Below, piece after piece: positions 1 to 8,269 of a stretch of DNA of 16,519 nucleotides (the stretch's first letter is position 1; the number at the start of each line of letters is the position of its first letter). A program made the position numbers and the translations under genes. The stretch is taken from assembly GCA_964247135.1 (NCBI GenBank), contig CAXTTL010000102.1:1-16519 (forward strand), in the 5' to 3' direction. The notes under the pieces are model-generated. The model was not told the DNA's origin and searched no databases. It worked only from the letters and a program-made list of their open reading frames with translations. The stretch comes from an uncultured Deinococcales bacterium (GTDB lineage: Bacteria > Deinococcota > Deinococci > Deinococcales > JAAFIG01).

Positions 1-168
1 TTTGATGGTGTCCAAGGCATGGTCTTATATTAAGCTAAAATTGCAGGAGTCAGTATCTTGGAAAGATTCTTATTAAACCAAGCAGTTTCAATCTAACCCC
101 TTCCCTCGAGTTTTCTTGGGAAGGGGTATTTTGAGCAAAGCACTTCTTAAAACGTCAGAAAGGAACTC

Positions 169-531
169 ATGATCTCGAGGTTGCATCATGTACAAATTAC
201 CATTCCAAGTGATGGTGAAGCCATCGCTCGAGCGTTTTATCTTGATTTGCTGGGCTTGATTGAGATTCCAAAACCAGATTCCTTGAAGGCTCGAGGTGGG
301 TTTTGGCTGTTGCTGGCGTGGCAAGAAATTCATGTTTCGCTCGAGGATGGCGTCAATCGTTTGGATACCAAAGCGCATCTTGCCTATGAAGTCACTGATC
401 TCGGGTTTTGGCGCTCGAGGTTGCTGCTTGCGGGTTTTGAACTGCTCGAGGGCGTGCCAATCCCTGGTTTTGACCGATTTGAAACCCGTGACCCTTTTGG
501 CAACAGGCTCGAGTTTATCTCAAAGATTTAA
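169..531 (+). CDS. VOC / glyoxalase-bleomycin resistance family protein
   Basis: 120-aa ORF with the VOC signature 'LHHVQITIP...ARAFY..LLGL.EI.KP', 'HLAYEV' and C-terminal 'RDPFGNRLEF'. A purine-rich AAGGAA lies just upstream of the ATG. Confidence 0.9.
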   Translation: MISRLHHVQITIPSDGEAIARAFYLDLLGLIEIPKPDSLKARGGFWLLLAWQEIHVSLEDGVNRLDTKAHLAYEVTDLGFWRSRLLLAGFELLEGVPIPGFDRFETRDPFGNRLEFISKI

Positions 532-548
532 TGCTCAATGCCCGAGTT

Positions 549-1298
549 TCAAGCGTCTTGGAGTGATGCGCGCCCAGTTCGTAAGCAACCTGCACGGTCA
601 GGTCTGCCGTTAAACTCGGCTTGACGGGCGGCAGCTTCCCAATCGTAGACAACCATAAGTTGCTGAATGTTCCAAGCGTTTTTGGCTTGCGTGAGCACCG
701 CACATCTGGCATGTGGACTGCCAGATTGCATCACATGAGGCACGGGTTTGTCGTGCTGATAGGCGGGCTGCCCAACGCTGCCTGGATTGACGACCAAACG
801 CCCATCTGAAAGCAGCACCGTTCTGGCAACATGCGAATGTCCACAAAAAATCACTTGATTTGGCACATCACCAAGTTTGGTAGCGATGGTGTGATCTTCT
901 TCAAGAAAAACACCCGATGTATTGATGCGCTCGAGCAAACAAATTTCGTCATCCAGTGGTGTAGCGTGAACCAAGAGTATCCCGTTGACTTCTCGTGTTT
1001 TAGGGAGTGAGTCAAGATACTCGAGTTGTGCGGCTCTCAAGCTGGTTTTCACAAATTCGAGGCTGGCTTCAGCGATCAGGTTTTCAGGGGTGTCGACCAA
1101 GATTCGATCTGTGTTGCCGCGAACACAGAGGATATTTTCGGCTTGCAGCAACTCGAGGCTTCCTCTTGGCTCGAGAGAGCCAAAAACGGTGTCACCCAAA
1201 TCATAAATTGCATCTACACTTAAATCGCGCAGGTTTCTCAAAACCGCTTCGAGTGCCAGAAGGTTACCGTGAACGTCAGCAATGATGCCCAGTCGCAT
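549..1298 (-). CDS. Metallophosphoesterase (YfcE/MJ0936-like, calcineurin-like fold)
   Basis: Motifs ADVHGN, DLGD, RGNTD, VHAT, CGHSH and NPGSVG. Start moved from 1355 (TTG) to the ATG at 1298 (MRLGIIADVHGN), which lies 6 nt downstream of a TATGAT -10 box on the minus strand. Confidence 0.9.
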   Translation of the reverse strand: MRLGIIADVHGNLLALEAVLRNLRDLSVDAIYDLGDTVFGSLEPRGSLELLQAENILCVRGNTDRILVDTPENLIAEASLEFVKTSLRAAQLEYLDSLPKTREVNGILLVHATPLDDEICLLERINTSGVFLEEDHTIATKLGDVPNQVIFCGHSHVARTVLLSDGRLVVNPGSVGQPAYQHDKPVPHVMQSGSPHARCAVLTQAKNAWNIQQLMVVYDWEAAARQAEFNGRPDRAGCLRTGRASLQDA

Positions 1299-1366
1299 CT
1301 CGAAATCATAGTTGATGTTTGAGCGGCTCGAGGTTGGGTTTGTATTTTGATCCAAGTCCAGATTTC

Positions 1367-1382
1367 TCGTAAACGTTTACGA
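1367..1382. promoter_or_regulatory. Perfect 16-bp palindrome TCGTAAACGTTTACGA, LacI-family operator-like, in the glgP promoter region
   Basis: Perfect dyad with an AAACGTTT core typical of LacI/GalR operators. It lies just upstream of a TGnTATGAT extended -10 (1387-1395). Confidence 0.65.
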
Positions 1383-1386
1383 AGCA

Positions 1387-1395
1387 TGTTATGAT
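1387..1395 (+). promoter_or_regulatory. Putative extended -10 promoter element (TGTTATGAT) for glgP
   Basis: TG-n-TATGAT match about 90 nt upstream of the glgP ATG. A GGAGG RBS precedes 1484. Confidence 0.45.
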
Positions 1396-1436
1396 GGTAA
1401 TGTCTTACGTTCGTCACCAAGAAGCCCCGTGAATAC

Positions 1437-1448
1437 GGAAGCGCTTCC
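1437..1448. promoter_or_regulatory. Perfect 12-bp palindrome GGAAGCGCTTCC, LacI-family operator-like, in the glgP leader
   Basis: Perfect dyad with an AAGCGCTT core (LacI/cre-like), about 35 nt upstream of the glgP start codon. Confidence 0.6.
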
Positions 1449-1483
1449 AGGTTGTCACAGAACCAGAGTCCTGGAGGTCAAAC

Positions 1484-4009
1484 ATGCAAGCCATCGGTAC
1501 CATTACCGTCACACCCAAACTTCCCAGCGTCATCAGCAGGCTCGAGGAACTGGCACAAAACCTGTACTGGAGCTGGAATCCAGCCGCCAGGGATTTGTTC
1601 CGCGAAATTAATTTTGAGGTCTTCACCCTCAGCCACCATTCACCCATGCGGGTGCTGCTCGAATGTCAACAGGCAGATTTTGATCGCGTCGCCGCCGACA
1701 AAAATTACCTCGAGCAATTTAAGACCGTCATGTCCGACTTTGACGCGTACCTGAAACGCAAAGACACCTGGTTTAAAGCCTCGCACCCCAAATTTGCCGG
1801 CAGCATCGCCTATTTTTCGATGGAATTTGGCTTGCACGAAAGCCTGCAAATTTACTCTGGCGGTCTGGGTGTGCTGGCGGGCGATCACTGCAAAAGCGCC
1901 TCCGACCTCGACCTGCCGTTTGCCGGCATTGGTCTGATGTACCGCGAGGGCAGCTTCCACCAAAACCTCAACAGAGACGGTTGGCAAGAAGAATGGTACG
2001 AAACCATTGTGCCCGAAAGAATTGGCGCGATCCTCGAGAGAGACGAAAGCGGCGCAGCCATCAAGATTGGCGTTGAAATCAACGAACGTCAAGTGTTCGT
2101 GCAAATCTGGCGCTTGCAAATCGGACGGATTCCGCTGTATTTGCTCGATGCCGCAGTGCCAGAAAACAACGAGACAGACCAAAAACTGACCGCACGTCTG
2201 TACGGCGCCGGCGGCGATTTCCGCGTGGCTCAAGAGCTTTTGTTGGGTGTCGGCGGCGTTCGCGCACTACGTGCCTTGAACATTGCCCCAAGCGTCTTTC
2301 ACATGAACGAAGGTCACGCCGCGTTCCTCGGACTTGAGCGCATCCGCGAGTACATGCTGGAGGGCTTAAGTCGCCTCGAGGCACTCGAGGCGGTTGCCGC
2401 CAGCGGCATTTTTACCACCCACACGCCAGTCCCAGCCGGCAACGACGCGTTTGCACTCGATATGATCGACAAAAAGCTCGGCAATTACTGGCTGAATGCC
2501 CTGCAAACCAGCCGCGACGAATTGATGGCGCTCGCCATGCACCAACAACCCTGGGGCGCATCCTTCAGCATGACCGTGCTGGCATTGCGCTGCTCGAGGT
2601 ACGCCAACGGCGTCTCGGAACTTCACGGCGAGGTATCGCGCGGCATGTGGAATTTCTTGTGGGCTGGCGCCGAAGTCCAAGAAGTGCCGATCACCCACGT
2701 CACCAATGGCGTTCACACCCGCACTTTCTTGGCGAGCGAGCTGGCGGAACTCTACGATGCGCACTTCAAGAAAAACTGGGACGACACCTTGGAACGACCT
2801 GAAAGCTGGCTGGTGGATAAAATCCCAGATGCCAAATTGTGGGACGCGCGACTGGCGCTGAAACAAAAATTGATTCGCTTCACCCGCAGCCGACTGCAAC
2901 GCCAAAATGAACGCAACAACGTCGGCTCGAGTTCGATGGTCTTGCACGACCAAAGCCTGACCATCGGATTTGCCCGTCGCTTTGCCACCTACAAACGCGC
3001 CACGCTGCTGTTCCGCGACCTTGAGCGTTTAAAGCGTATCGTCAACCACCCCACCCGCCCAGTGCAATTTATTTTTGCCGGCAAAGCCCACCCCGCCGAC
3101 AACCCAGGCAAAGAATTTATTCAGGCACTCTGGCGCTTCTCGCAAGATCCCGAACTGCGCGGCAAGGTCGTGTTTTTAGAGGATTACGACATGAACGTTG
3201 CCAGGCATTTGGTGCAGGGCAGCGACATCTGGCTCAACAACCCGCGCCGTCCACTCGAGGCATCGGGCACGAGCGGCGAGAAAGCCAGCCTGAACGGCTG
3301 CATCAACTTTAGTATTCTCGACGGCTGGTGGCGCGAGGCGAGCGACGGCACCAACGGCTGGAACATTGGCTCGGAACGCGAATTTGGCGAGGACGACGAC
3401 AGCCTCCGCGCCCAAGACGACGCCGATTCGCAAAGTTTGTATGACATCCTCGAGTTTGAAATCGCGCCGCTCTATTACGGCGACAAGATTGGCAACCCAG
3501 GCTGGCTTAAGGTGGTCAGGAACGCCATCCGCACCGTCGGACCCAAATTCAGTATGCAGCGCCAAGTCCAGGATTACACCAACGACCTGTACGCCAAAGC
3601 CCAAATCAACGGCGCCAGGGTCTCGAGCCAGGACTTTAAAACCGCCAAAGAGCTGGCAGCCTGGAAAGCCAGCACCCGCGCCGCCTGGGGCAACGTGCGT
3701 TTGGAAGCCACATTGGAGCAACCAAACCACATTTTGACCCCAGGTTCGAGCGTCAATGTCAGCGCTCGGGTTTTTGCTGGCAGCCTCGACCCACAAAGCC
3801 TGCGGATTGAAACGATTCTCGAGAATGGCACGGTCATTTCAACGCACTCCGACCTCAAATTAACCCGTCAAAACGAAGACGGCTGGCTCGAGTACACGGG
3901 CAGCGTGATCACGCCTGAAGCTGGCGCATTTAAAGTCGGCGTTCGTGCCGTGCCGTACCGCCAGGACCTGACCAACCCACTCGAGCTTGGATTGATTCGC
4001 TGGGCTTAA
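1484..4009 (+). CDS. glgP: Alpha-glucan (glycogen/maltodextrin) phosphorylase, GT35
   Basis: 841 aa with AYFSMEFG, YSGGLGVLAGDH, HMNEGH, FTTHTPVPAG, TNGVH, GFARRFATYKR, FAGKAHP and the PLP-lysine motif EASGTSGEKA. GGAGG RBS upstream. Confidence 0.97.
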   Translation: MQAIGTITVTPKLPSVISRLEELAQNLYWSWNPAARDLFREINFEVFTLSHHSPMRVLLECQQADFDRVAADKNYLEQFKTVMSDFDAYLKRKDTWFKASHPKFAGSIAYFSMEFGLHESLQIYSGGLGVLAGDHCKSASDLDLPFAGIGLMYREGSFHQNLNRDGWQEEWYETIVPERIGAILERDESGAAIKIGVEINERQVFVQIWRLQIGRIPLYLLDAAVPENNETDQKLTARLYGAGGDFRVAQELLLGVGGVRALRALNIAPSVFHMNEGHAAFLGLERIREYMLEGLSRLEALEAVAASGIFTTHTPVPAGNDAFALDMIDKKLGNYWLNALQTSRDELMALAMHQQPWGASFSMTVLALRCSRYANGVSELHGEVSRGMWNFLWAGAEVQEVPITHVTNGVHTRTFLASELAELYDAHFKKNWDDTLERPESWLVDKIPDAKLWDARLALKQKLIRFTRSRLQRQNERNNVGSSSMVLHDQSLTIGFARRFATYKRATLLFRDLERLKRIVNHPTRPVQFIFAGKAHPADNPGKEFIQALWRFSQDPELRGKVVFLEDYDMNVARHLVQGSDIWLNNPRRPLEASGTSGEKASLNGCINFSILDGWWREASDGTNGWNIGSEREFGEDDDSLRAQDDADSQSLYDILEFEIAPLYYGDKIGNPGWLKVVRNAIRTVGPKFSMQRQVQDYTNDLYAKAQINGARVSSQDFKTAKELAAWKASTRAAWGNVRLEATLEQPNHILTPGSSVNVSARVFAGSLDPQSLRIETILENGTVISTHSDLKLTRQNEDGWLEYTGSVITPEAGAFKVGVRAVPYRQDLTNPLELGLIRWA

Positions 4010-4030
4010 AAATTGAATTGTACAAAGAAG

Positions 4031-4062
4031 CTGGGGCTGAAATTTTTGATTTTCAGCCCCAG
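4031..4062. terminator. Intrinsic terminator hairpin, probably bidirectional, between convergent glgP and a lipoprotein gene
   Basis: 12-bp perfect stem CTGGGGCTGAAA / TTTCAGCCCCAG with an 8-nt loop, followed by ACTTTATT. Confidence 0.8.
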
Positions 4063-4080
4063 ACTTTATTCCTCTAACCT

Positions 4081-4431
4081 TCATGGAATATCACGAACGA
4101 AACTCAAGTTTTGAGCGTTCAATTTCAACTCGAGCGTGTTGCCATCAAACTTTTCTATCGTGGCATTCTGGACGGCTTGCCTGACTCGCTTGCCGCCAAC
4201 ATTCGCGTAAAATTCAAGCGTTAAGGTTTTATCTTCGAGTTTGTAGCTGCCTTGTAGCGGCAATTTTTGTCCCTGCAAAACACTAAAAACCCCACTCGAG
4301 AAACGGATTTGATGCCAACCGGCGGTTGCCGAACTGTTCCAAGTCCCCTGAAGTTGAGGCTCGAGATTTTCGGCTTTATTGCACGAAACCAAAACGATAA
4401 CAGCGAAAAGTGCGATTGATATTTTAAACAT
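4081..4431 (-). CDS. Small hypothetical lipoprotein (possible lipocalin-like beta barrel)
   Basis: Signal peptide with lipobox LVSC, then 'LQGTW' and alternating beta-strand patterns ('GSYKLEDKTLTL'). Start placed at the ATG at 4431 after an AAGGGA RBS; the ORF track starts at 4446. Confidence 0.75.
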   Translation of the reverse strand: MFKISIALFAVIVLVSCNKAENLEPQLQGTWNSSATAGWHQIRFSSGVFSVLQGQKLPLQGSYKLEDKTLTLEFYANVGGKRVRQAVQNATIEKFDGNTLELKLNAQNLSFVRDIP

Positions 4432-4481
4432 GTATTCCCTTTTCAAAACCTGAATTTCAACACCATGTTACCCGAAGTTTC

Positions 4482-4703
4482 TCAACCTCGAGAGTGTTGC
4501 AATTCGAGCAGCACCCGCGATTTGATGCCATCACCAAAGAACGCCAAACCTGCATTGACCACGCACAAACCAAGTGTGCCGAGCCAAAACCACGGCTCGC
4601 CCAAATTTTTTAAACGTGCCGCCTCAAGCGTGAGTGACAACCCAAAACCGACCAAGCTTAAACCGAGCGGCGAAAAAACCAACCATTTTGTGCGCAAATT
4701 CAT
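4482..4703 (-). CDS. Small two-helix membrane protein, hypothetical
   Basis: 73 aa with two hydrophobic segments (SPLGLSLVGFGLSL; WFWLGTLGLCVVNAGLAFFG). The ATG is 6 nt downstream of a TAATCT -10-like box. Confidence 0.7.
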   Translation of the reverse strand: MNLRTKWLVFSPLGLSLVGFGLSLTLEAARLKNLGEPWFWLGTLGLCVVNAGLAFFGDGIKSRVLLELQHSRG

Positions 4704-4765
4704 GACTTCAGATTACTGTTTCTCGAGGCATCACAACGCGTTCGTGGTAGCTTCAGAACCAGACC

Positions 4766-5635
4766 ATGAACCTTGACTGGCGTTGGACTGCGTTGTTCTT
4801 GTTGCCACTTGCCTTGCTGCTGGGCGTCTTCATGCTTGTTCCCGCCGTGGTCGGTTTGGCTGAAAGCTTCACGAACTTCTCGCCACTTTCAAACGCCCCG
4901 TGGCACGGTGTTGGACCCGAGAATTACCAACGCGCCCTGTCCAATCCCGAAATGCTGGCGGCGACCCGCAACATCGCCGTCCTGACGTTACTCACGGTCA
5001 GCCTCGAGTTGAGCCTTGGACTGTTGCTGGCGTTTGCCATGCATCGAACGTTTCGAGGGCATTCGTTGGTACGAATCTTGTTGCTGACGCCCTGGCTGGT
5101 CAGTCCAATCGCCAACGGCGTTCTGTGGCACAACGTCTACAACCTCGAGTCTGGACTGCTGAACTTCATCCCTCGGGTTTTGGGATTCGCCACTTTGCCA
5201 GACCCGCTCGGTCATGGCGGCGCCCTGTTCGCCGTGGCAATCGCCGAAATTTGGCGCAAAACGCCACTGGTCAGTTTTTTAGTGCTGCCAGGAATGCTCG
5301 GGATTCCCAAAACGTTTTTCGAGCACGCCAGGCTCGAGGGTTTAAACGACTGGCATCAATTTTGGCAGGTCGTCTTTCCTCGAGTCAGGCTGCTGCTGCT
5401 GACCACCTGCTTTTTGTTGGTTGCCGATGCCCTGGCGATGGGCGAGCACCTGCTGATGCTAACCGGTGGCGGTCCAGGCTCAGCCACCGTGACGCCGGCG
5501 TTGTTCAGCTATCAACAAGCGATACAGTCCTACAATTGGGCGCTGGGTTCAACCATTGCCTGGTTGGTCGCTGGCGCGGTTGCCATTGCCGCCACAATCT
5601 ATCTGTTCATCATGCGCCATGAGGAAACATCATGA
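4766..5635 (+). CDS. Carbohydrate ABC transporter permease (MalF/UgpA-like, CUT1)
   Basis: Multiple TM segments, 'VG.ENY', 'LLTPWLVSPI', EAA-loop variant 'FEHARLEGLNDWHQFWQVVFP', and 'LTGGGPG'. Confidence 0.9.
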   Translation: MNLDWRWTALFLLPLALLLGVFMLVPAVVGLAESFTNFSPLSNAPWHGVGPENYQRALSNPEMLAATRNIAVLTLLTVSLELSLGLLLAFAMHRTFRGHSLVRILLLTPWLVSPIANGVLWHNVYNLESGLLNFIPRVLGFATLPDPLGHGGALFAVAIAEIWRKTPLVSFLVLPGMLGIPKTFFEHARLEGLNDWHQFWQVVFPRVRLLLLTTCFLLVADALAMGEHLLMLTGGGPGSATVTPALFSYQQAIQSYNWALGSTIAWLVAGAVAIAATIYLFIMRHEETS

Positions 5636-6474
5636 CCCGCTCGGGTTTCAAGGCTCGAGATCGCGGTTTTCTCTGGCAGAACATTTTGATTGTGCTGGCG
5701 GTTGTTTTCAGCCTCTTGCCACTGGTTTGGACGCTGTTGGCTTCCATTGGCATCTGGGTCAACAACAACACGACACCCCCCTCGTGGCACGGCAGCCCAA
5801 GCTTTGAGCCTTTCGCCGGCGCCGTGCTTGCCAAATCTGGATTTATCACATCAATACTCAACAGTTTTGGCATCGCGGCATTGACCGCCCTGATCGCAAC
5901 TTTCACGGCTTCTCTCGCGGCTTACGCCCTGGCTCGAGCGCGATTTTCTGGGCAGAACTTGCTGGTGCACGTGTTGCTCGTTTTGAGCGGTCTGCCCGTG
6001 ATCGCCTACATGATGCCACTGAAATCAACATTGCTGGCGCTGCATCTTGGCGACACCTTTCTTGGCACAGCCCTGTCCGAAAGCGCCCTGTTCGCACCAC
6101 TGGCAACGTTTGTCGTGTTTGGTTATTTTAAAACCGTCCCGCTCGAGCCTGAACAAGCCGCGCAACTTGAGGGTGCGAATCCATTTCAAGTTTTAAGGCA
6201 CGTGGTTTTCCCAAGCTCGAGCCTTGGTATTTTTGCAACCGCGCTTGTGATTTTTGTGCTGTCCTGGAATCAATTTCTGCTGCCGAGTGCCGTGACGTTT
6301 CAACTCAAAACCGTGCCTGTCATCATCAACGATTTTTTTACCTTTGAACGCGAACCCGACTGGCAGACCGCCGCCGCCGCGTTGATGGCAGCGTTCATAC
6401 CAGTGATGCTGGTGGTCGCAAGCCTATTCCGTCTGCTCGAGCGCTTCAATTTGGGCGAAACCCGAGCAGACTGA
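5632..6474 (+). CDS. Carbohydrate ABC transporter permease (MalG/UgpE-like, CUT1)
   Basis: ATGA overlap with the previous gene. Motifs 'LNS', 'AAYALAR', EAA loop 'EQAAQLEGAN...HVVFP' and 'FVLSWNQFL'. Confidence 0.9.
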   Translation: MTRSGFKARDRGFLWQNILIVLAVVFSLLPLVWTLLASIGIWVNNNTTPPSWHGSPSFEPFAGAVLAKSGFITSILNSFGIAALTALIATFTASLAAYALARARFSGQNLLVHVLLVLSGLPVIAYMMPLKSTLLALHLGDTFLGTALSESALFAPLATFVVFGYFKTVPLEPEQAAQLEGANPFQVLRHVVFPSSSLGIFATALVIFVLSWNQFLLPSAVTFQLKTVPVIINDFFTFEREPDWQTAAAALMAAFIPVMLVVASLFRLLERFNLGETRAD

Positions 6475-6484
6475 GCACCTGAGT

Positions 6485-7030
6485 TTAAGCGTTGCGTTTC
6501 TCGAGCATCGCGGCGTTAAAGGCTGCCGATTGTCCTTTGGGAATACTCAGGCTTTGAAAATTCTCGCCCTGAAACATTTTGGCGAGGTACACGATCTGCC
6601 CGACGTGCCCAGGGTAATGCGCGAGTTGACGTTGAATCACCGCGATCACCGAATGCGGTTCACCACGAATCAAAACCGACCTAACGAAATCTTCGGGTTT
6701 CAAATTCTCGAGCGCCGAGAACAAGCAATTCCAACCCGATTCCCACAGCCCGAGAATTGCAGCTCGAGACAAATCTTCAGCTTCAAATTCGGCATCACGG
6801 TTTCGACTTGCGCTTTCACCGTCCGCATCAAAAAGACTGCCCCACCTCGAGATCATGTTGCCATGAAGATGCTTGACAATCACGGCAATGCTGTTCGAGT
6901 TGGGTTCTGGCAGCATGTTGAGTTGCTCGTCTGAGACTTGTGCGAGAGCGCCATCGCCATATTTTTTGTACTTTTTAAACTCGGCGAGGCTCGAGCTGAG
7001 AAAGTCATTTATCAAATCTTCGAGTGTCAT
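6485..7030 (-). CDS. DUF1572 family protein (DinB/YfiT-like superfamily)
   Basis: 'SNSIAVIVKHLHGNMISRW...DGE...RNRDAEF' and 'QRQLAHYPGHVGQIVYLAK'. The ATG is 6 nt downstream of TAGCAT. Confidence 0.85.
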   Translation of the reverse strand: MTLEDLINDFLSSSLAEFKKYKKYGDGALAQVSDEQLNMLPEPNSNSIAVIVKHLHGNMISRWGSLFDADGESASRNRDAEFEAEDLSRAAILGLWESGWNCLFSALENLKPEDFVRSVLIRGEPHSVIAVIQRQLAHYPGHVGQIVYLAKMFQGENFQSLSIPKGQSAAFNAAMLEKRNA

Positions 7031-7115
7031 ACGGTTATGCTACGAAAATATGATGTTCGCCGAAAGTATTTTTGGATGCTCGAGATTGATTGGGTAAAAA
7101 AGTTATGATCGGGTT

Positions 7116-7670
7116 ATGAAAATATTCTCAGTCTTGGTTTTAGGATTTGCGTTGACTGCCTGTGTTCCTGCAACATCCAAATCCAATGCAGTTTCACATG
7201 GTTTTCCAGTTGGCACAAATGAAGTCTGGAATCTGAAAATTCTGGACAAAGCGGGTGCGCTCCTGATTAACGAAAATTTCAAACTCGATGGAAGTTTTCG
7301 CTCCTGGACACAAACTCAAGCCGCACCCACAGGTTCTGGTACGGTTATGTTTACCAATAACGAAGTTTATCAAGTTGGATTGGTCAGGTTTGTTTTGCTG
7401 CCAATATATTCGGCTGACATCGGACGAATTCGTTCAGATAAACATTCTGGCGTTCTAGCGCATTATTTTGACCGAGAAAGTGGTTCAGACTCTTACGAGG
7501 TTTATTCGGACATTGACAAAACCAAGTCCAATCAAAATGCTTGTTTCCTGGGATTCAAAGACTCAAATCATTTGCAAGGCGGCGCGGTCAAATTCCAGGA
7601 CGAAAACTCGAGTGCTACCGATCCAGTTGGTACTTGCACTTTCACCAAACTCGAGCCTGCACCAAAATAA
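7116..7670 (+). CDS. Hypothetical lipoprotein
   Basis: Signal peptide with lipobox LTAC and a beta-rich mature part with two further Cys. The ATG is 6 nt downstream of TATGAT (7104-7109). Confidence 0.75.
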   Translation: MKIFSVLVLGFALTACVPATSKSNAVSHGFPVGTNEVWNLKILDKAGALLINENFKLDGSFRSWTQTQAAPTGSGTVMFTNNEVYQVGLVRFVLLPIYSADIGRIRSDKHSGVLAHYFDRESGSDSYEVYSDIDKTKSNQNACFLGFKDSNHLQGGAVKFQDENSSATDPVGTCTFTKLEPAPK

Positions 7671-7671
7671 T

Positions 7672-8229
7672 TCATTCCTCGAGCCAGACCGCAAAAAACC
7701 GTGTCAAGACGGGCATGATGGCGTAAGTCATGGTGCAAACCACGATCATGGCGTTTAAAATCAGCAGCTCGAGTTGCCCCAGCAATGGGCGCAAGACTGG
7801 CGCGACCAGGTAATTGATGGTGATGCTGAGCGGCAGCAGTCCAAGCAGTGTCACCAAAATCATTTTCCAACGCGGCGGGTTGCGCAAGGTGACCGAACCG
7901 GCGGGCGTAAACCAAAACTCGAGTCCTGGTGTAAATTGCTCGATGGGTTTGCCGAGCGTTAGAGGTTTGACGCGCTCGAGCCAGTGCTTGCGCTCATTGG
8001 ATTTGTGCCAGGTGCGGTAATCGGATTCCGATGCAAAACGAAAAATCACCAGGTATTGATTGTTGCCGCCAGCCACGGGTCGCACCACGCCCACGCCCAA
8101 ATGCCCTGGAAAACCAGTGGCTGATTCGCTGATGTCACGCACCCAAGCCTCGAACGCCGCCTCGAGTCCTGGTTTGACGTTGCGAGCCACCGCGAACGTG
8201 ACCGGACGATTTTGAGAAGTTGCGGTCAT
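7672..8229 (-). CDS. Antibiotic biosynthesis monooxygenase (ABM)-domain protein with C-terminal TM helices
   Basis: 'RNVKPGLEAAFEAW...FPGHLG...YLVIFRF....W..S.ER..W', 'GLEFWF', 'PPRWKM', then two hydrophobic helices. Start placed at the ATG at 8229, 7 nt downstream of TAGAAT; the ORF track starts at 8247. Confidence 0.85.
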   Translation of the reverse strand: MTATSQNRPVTFAVARNVKPGLEAAFEAWVRDISESATGFPGHLGVGVVRPVAGGNNQYLVIFRFASESDYRTWHKSNERKHWLERVKPLTLGKPIEQFTPGLEFWFTPAGSVTLRNPPRWKMILVTLLGLLPLSITINYLVAPVLRPLLGQLELLILNAMIVVCTMTYAIMPVLTRFFAVWLEE

Positions 8230-8269
8230 GCTCGAAATTCTAACCATTCAGATCACAACCAAAGCGTTT

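Noticed and set aside
1-168. Possible gene fragment at the left edge
   Set aside because: The plus-strand frames close within 76 nt, and a possible minus-strand ATG at 20 leaves too little sequence to assess.
1640-3796. Long antisense ORFs within glgP (also 15640-16434 within lon, and 11060-11710, 12267-12905)
   Set aside because: These are shadow frames of GC-biased, well-supported genes with no recognisable motifs.
4465-4776. 103-aa plus-strand ORF
   Set aside because: It overlaps the better-supported minus-strand membrane protein and has no start signal or recognisable features.
4900-5622. 240-aa alternative-frame ORF inside the first permease
   Set aside because: Arg-rich off-frame translation with no start signal.
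7085-7606. About 520-bp stretch without CTCGAG as evidence of foreign DNA
   Set aside because: With about 120 sites at a mean spacing of ~140 bp, a few gaps this long are expected by chance. Comparable gaps occur at 514-929 and 8703-9153.
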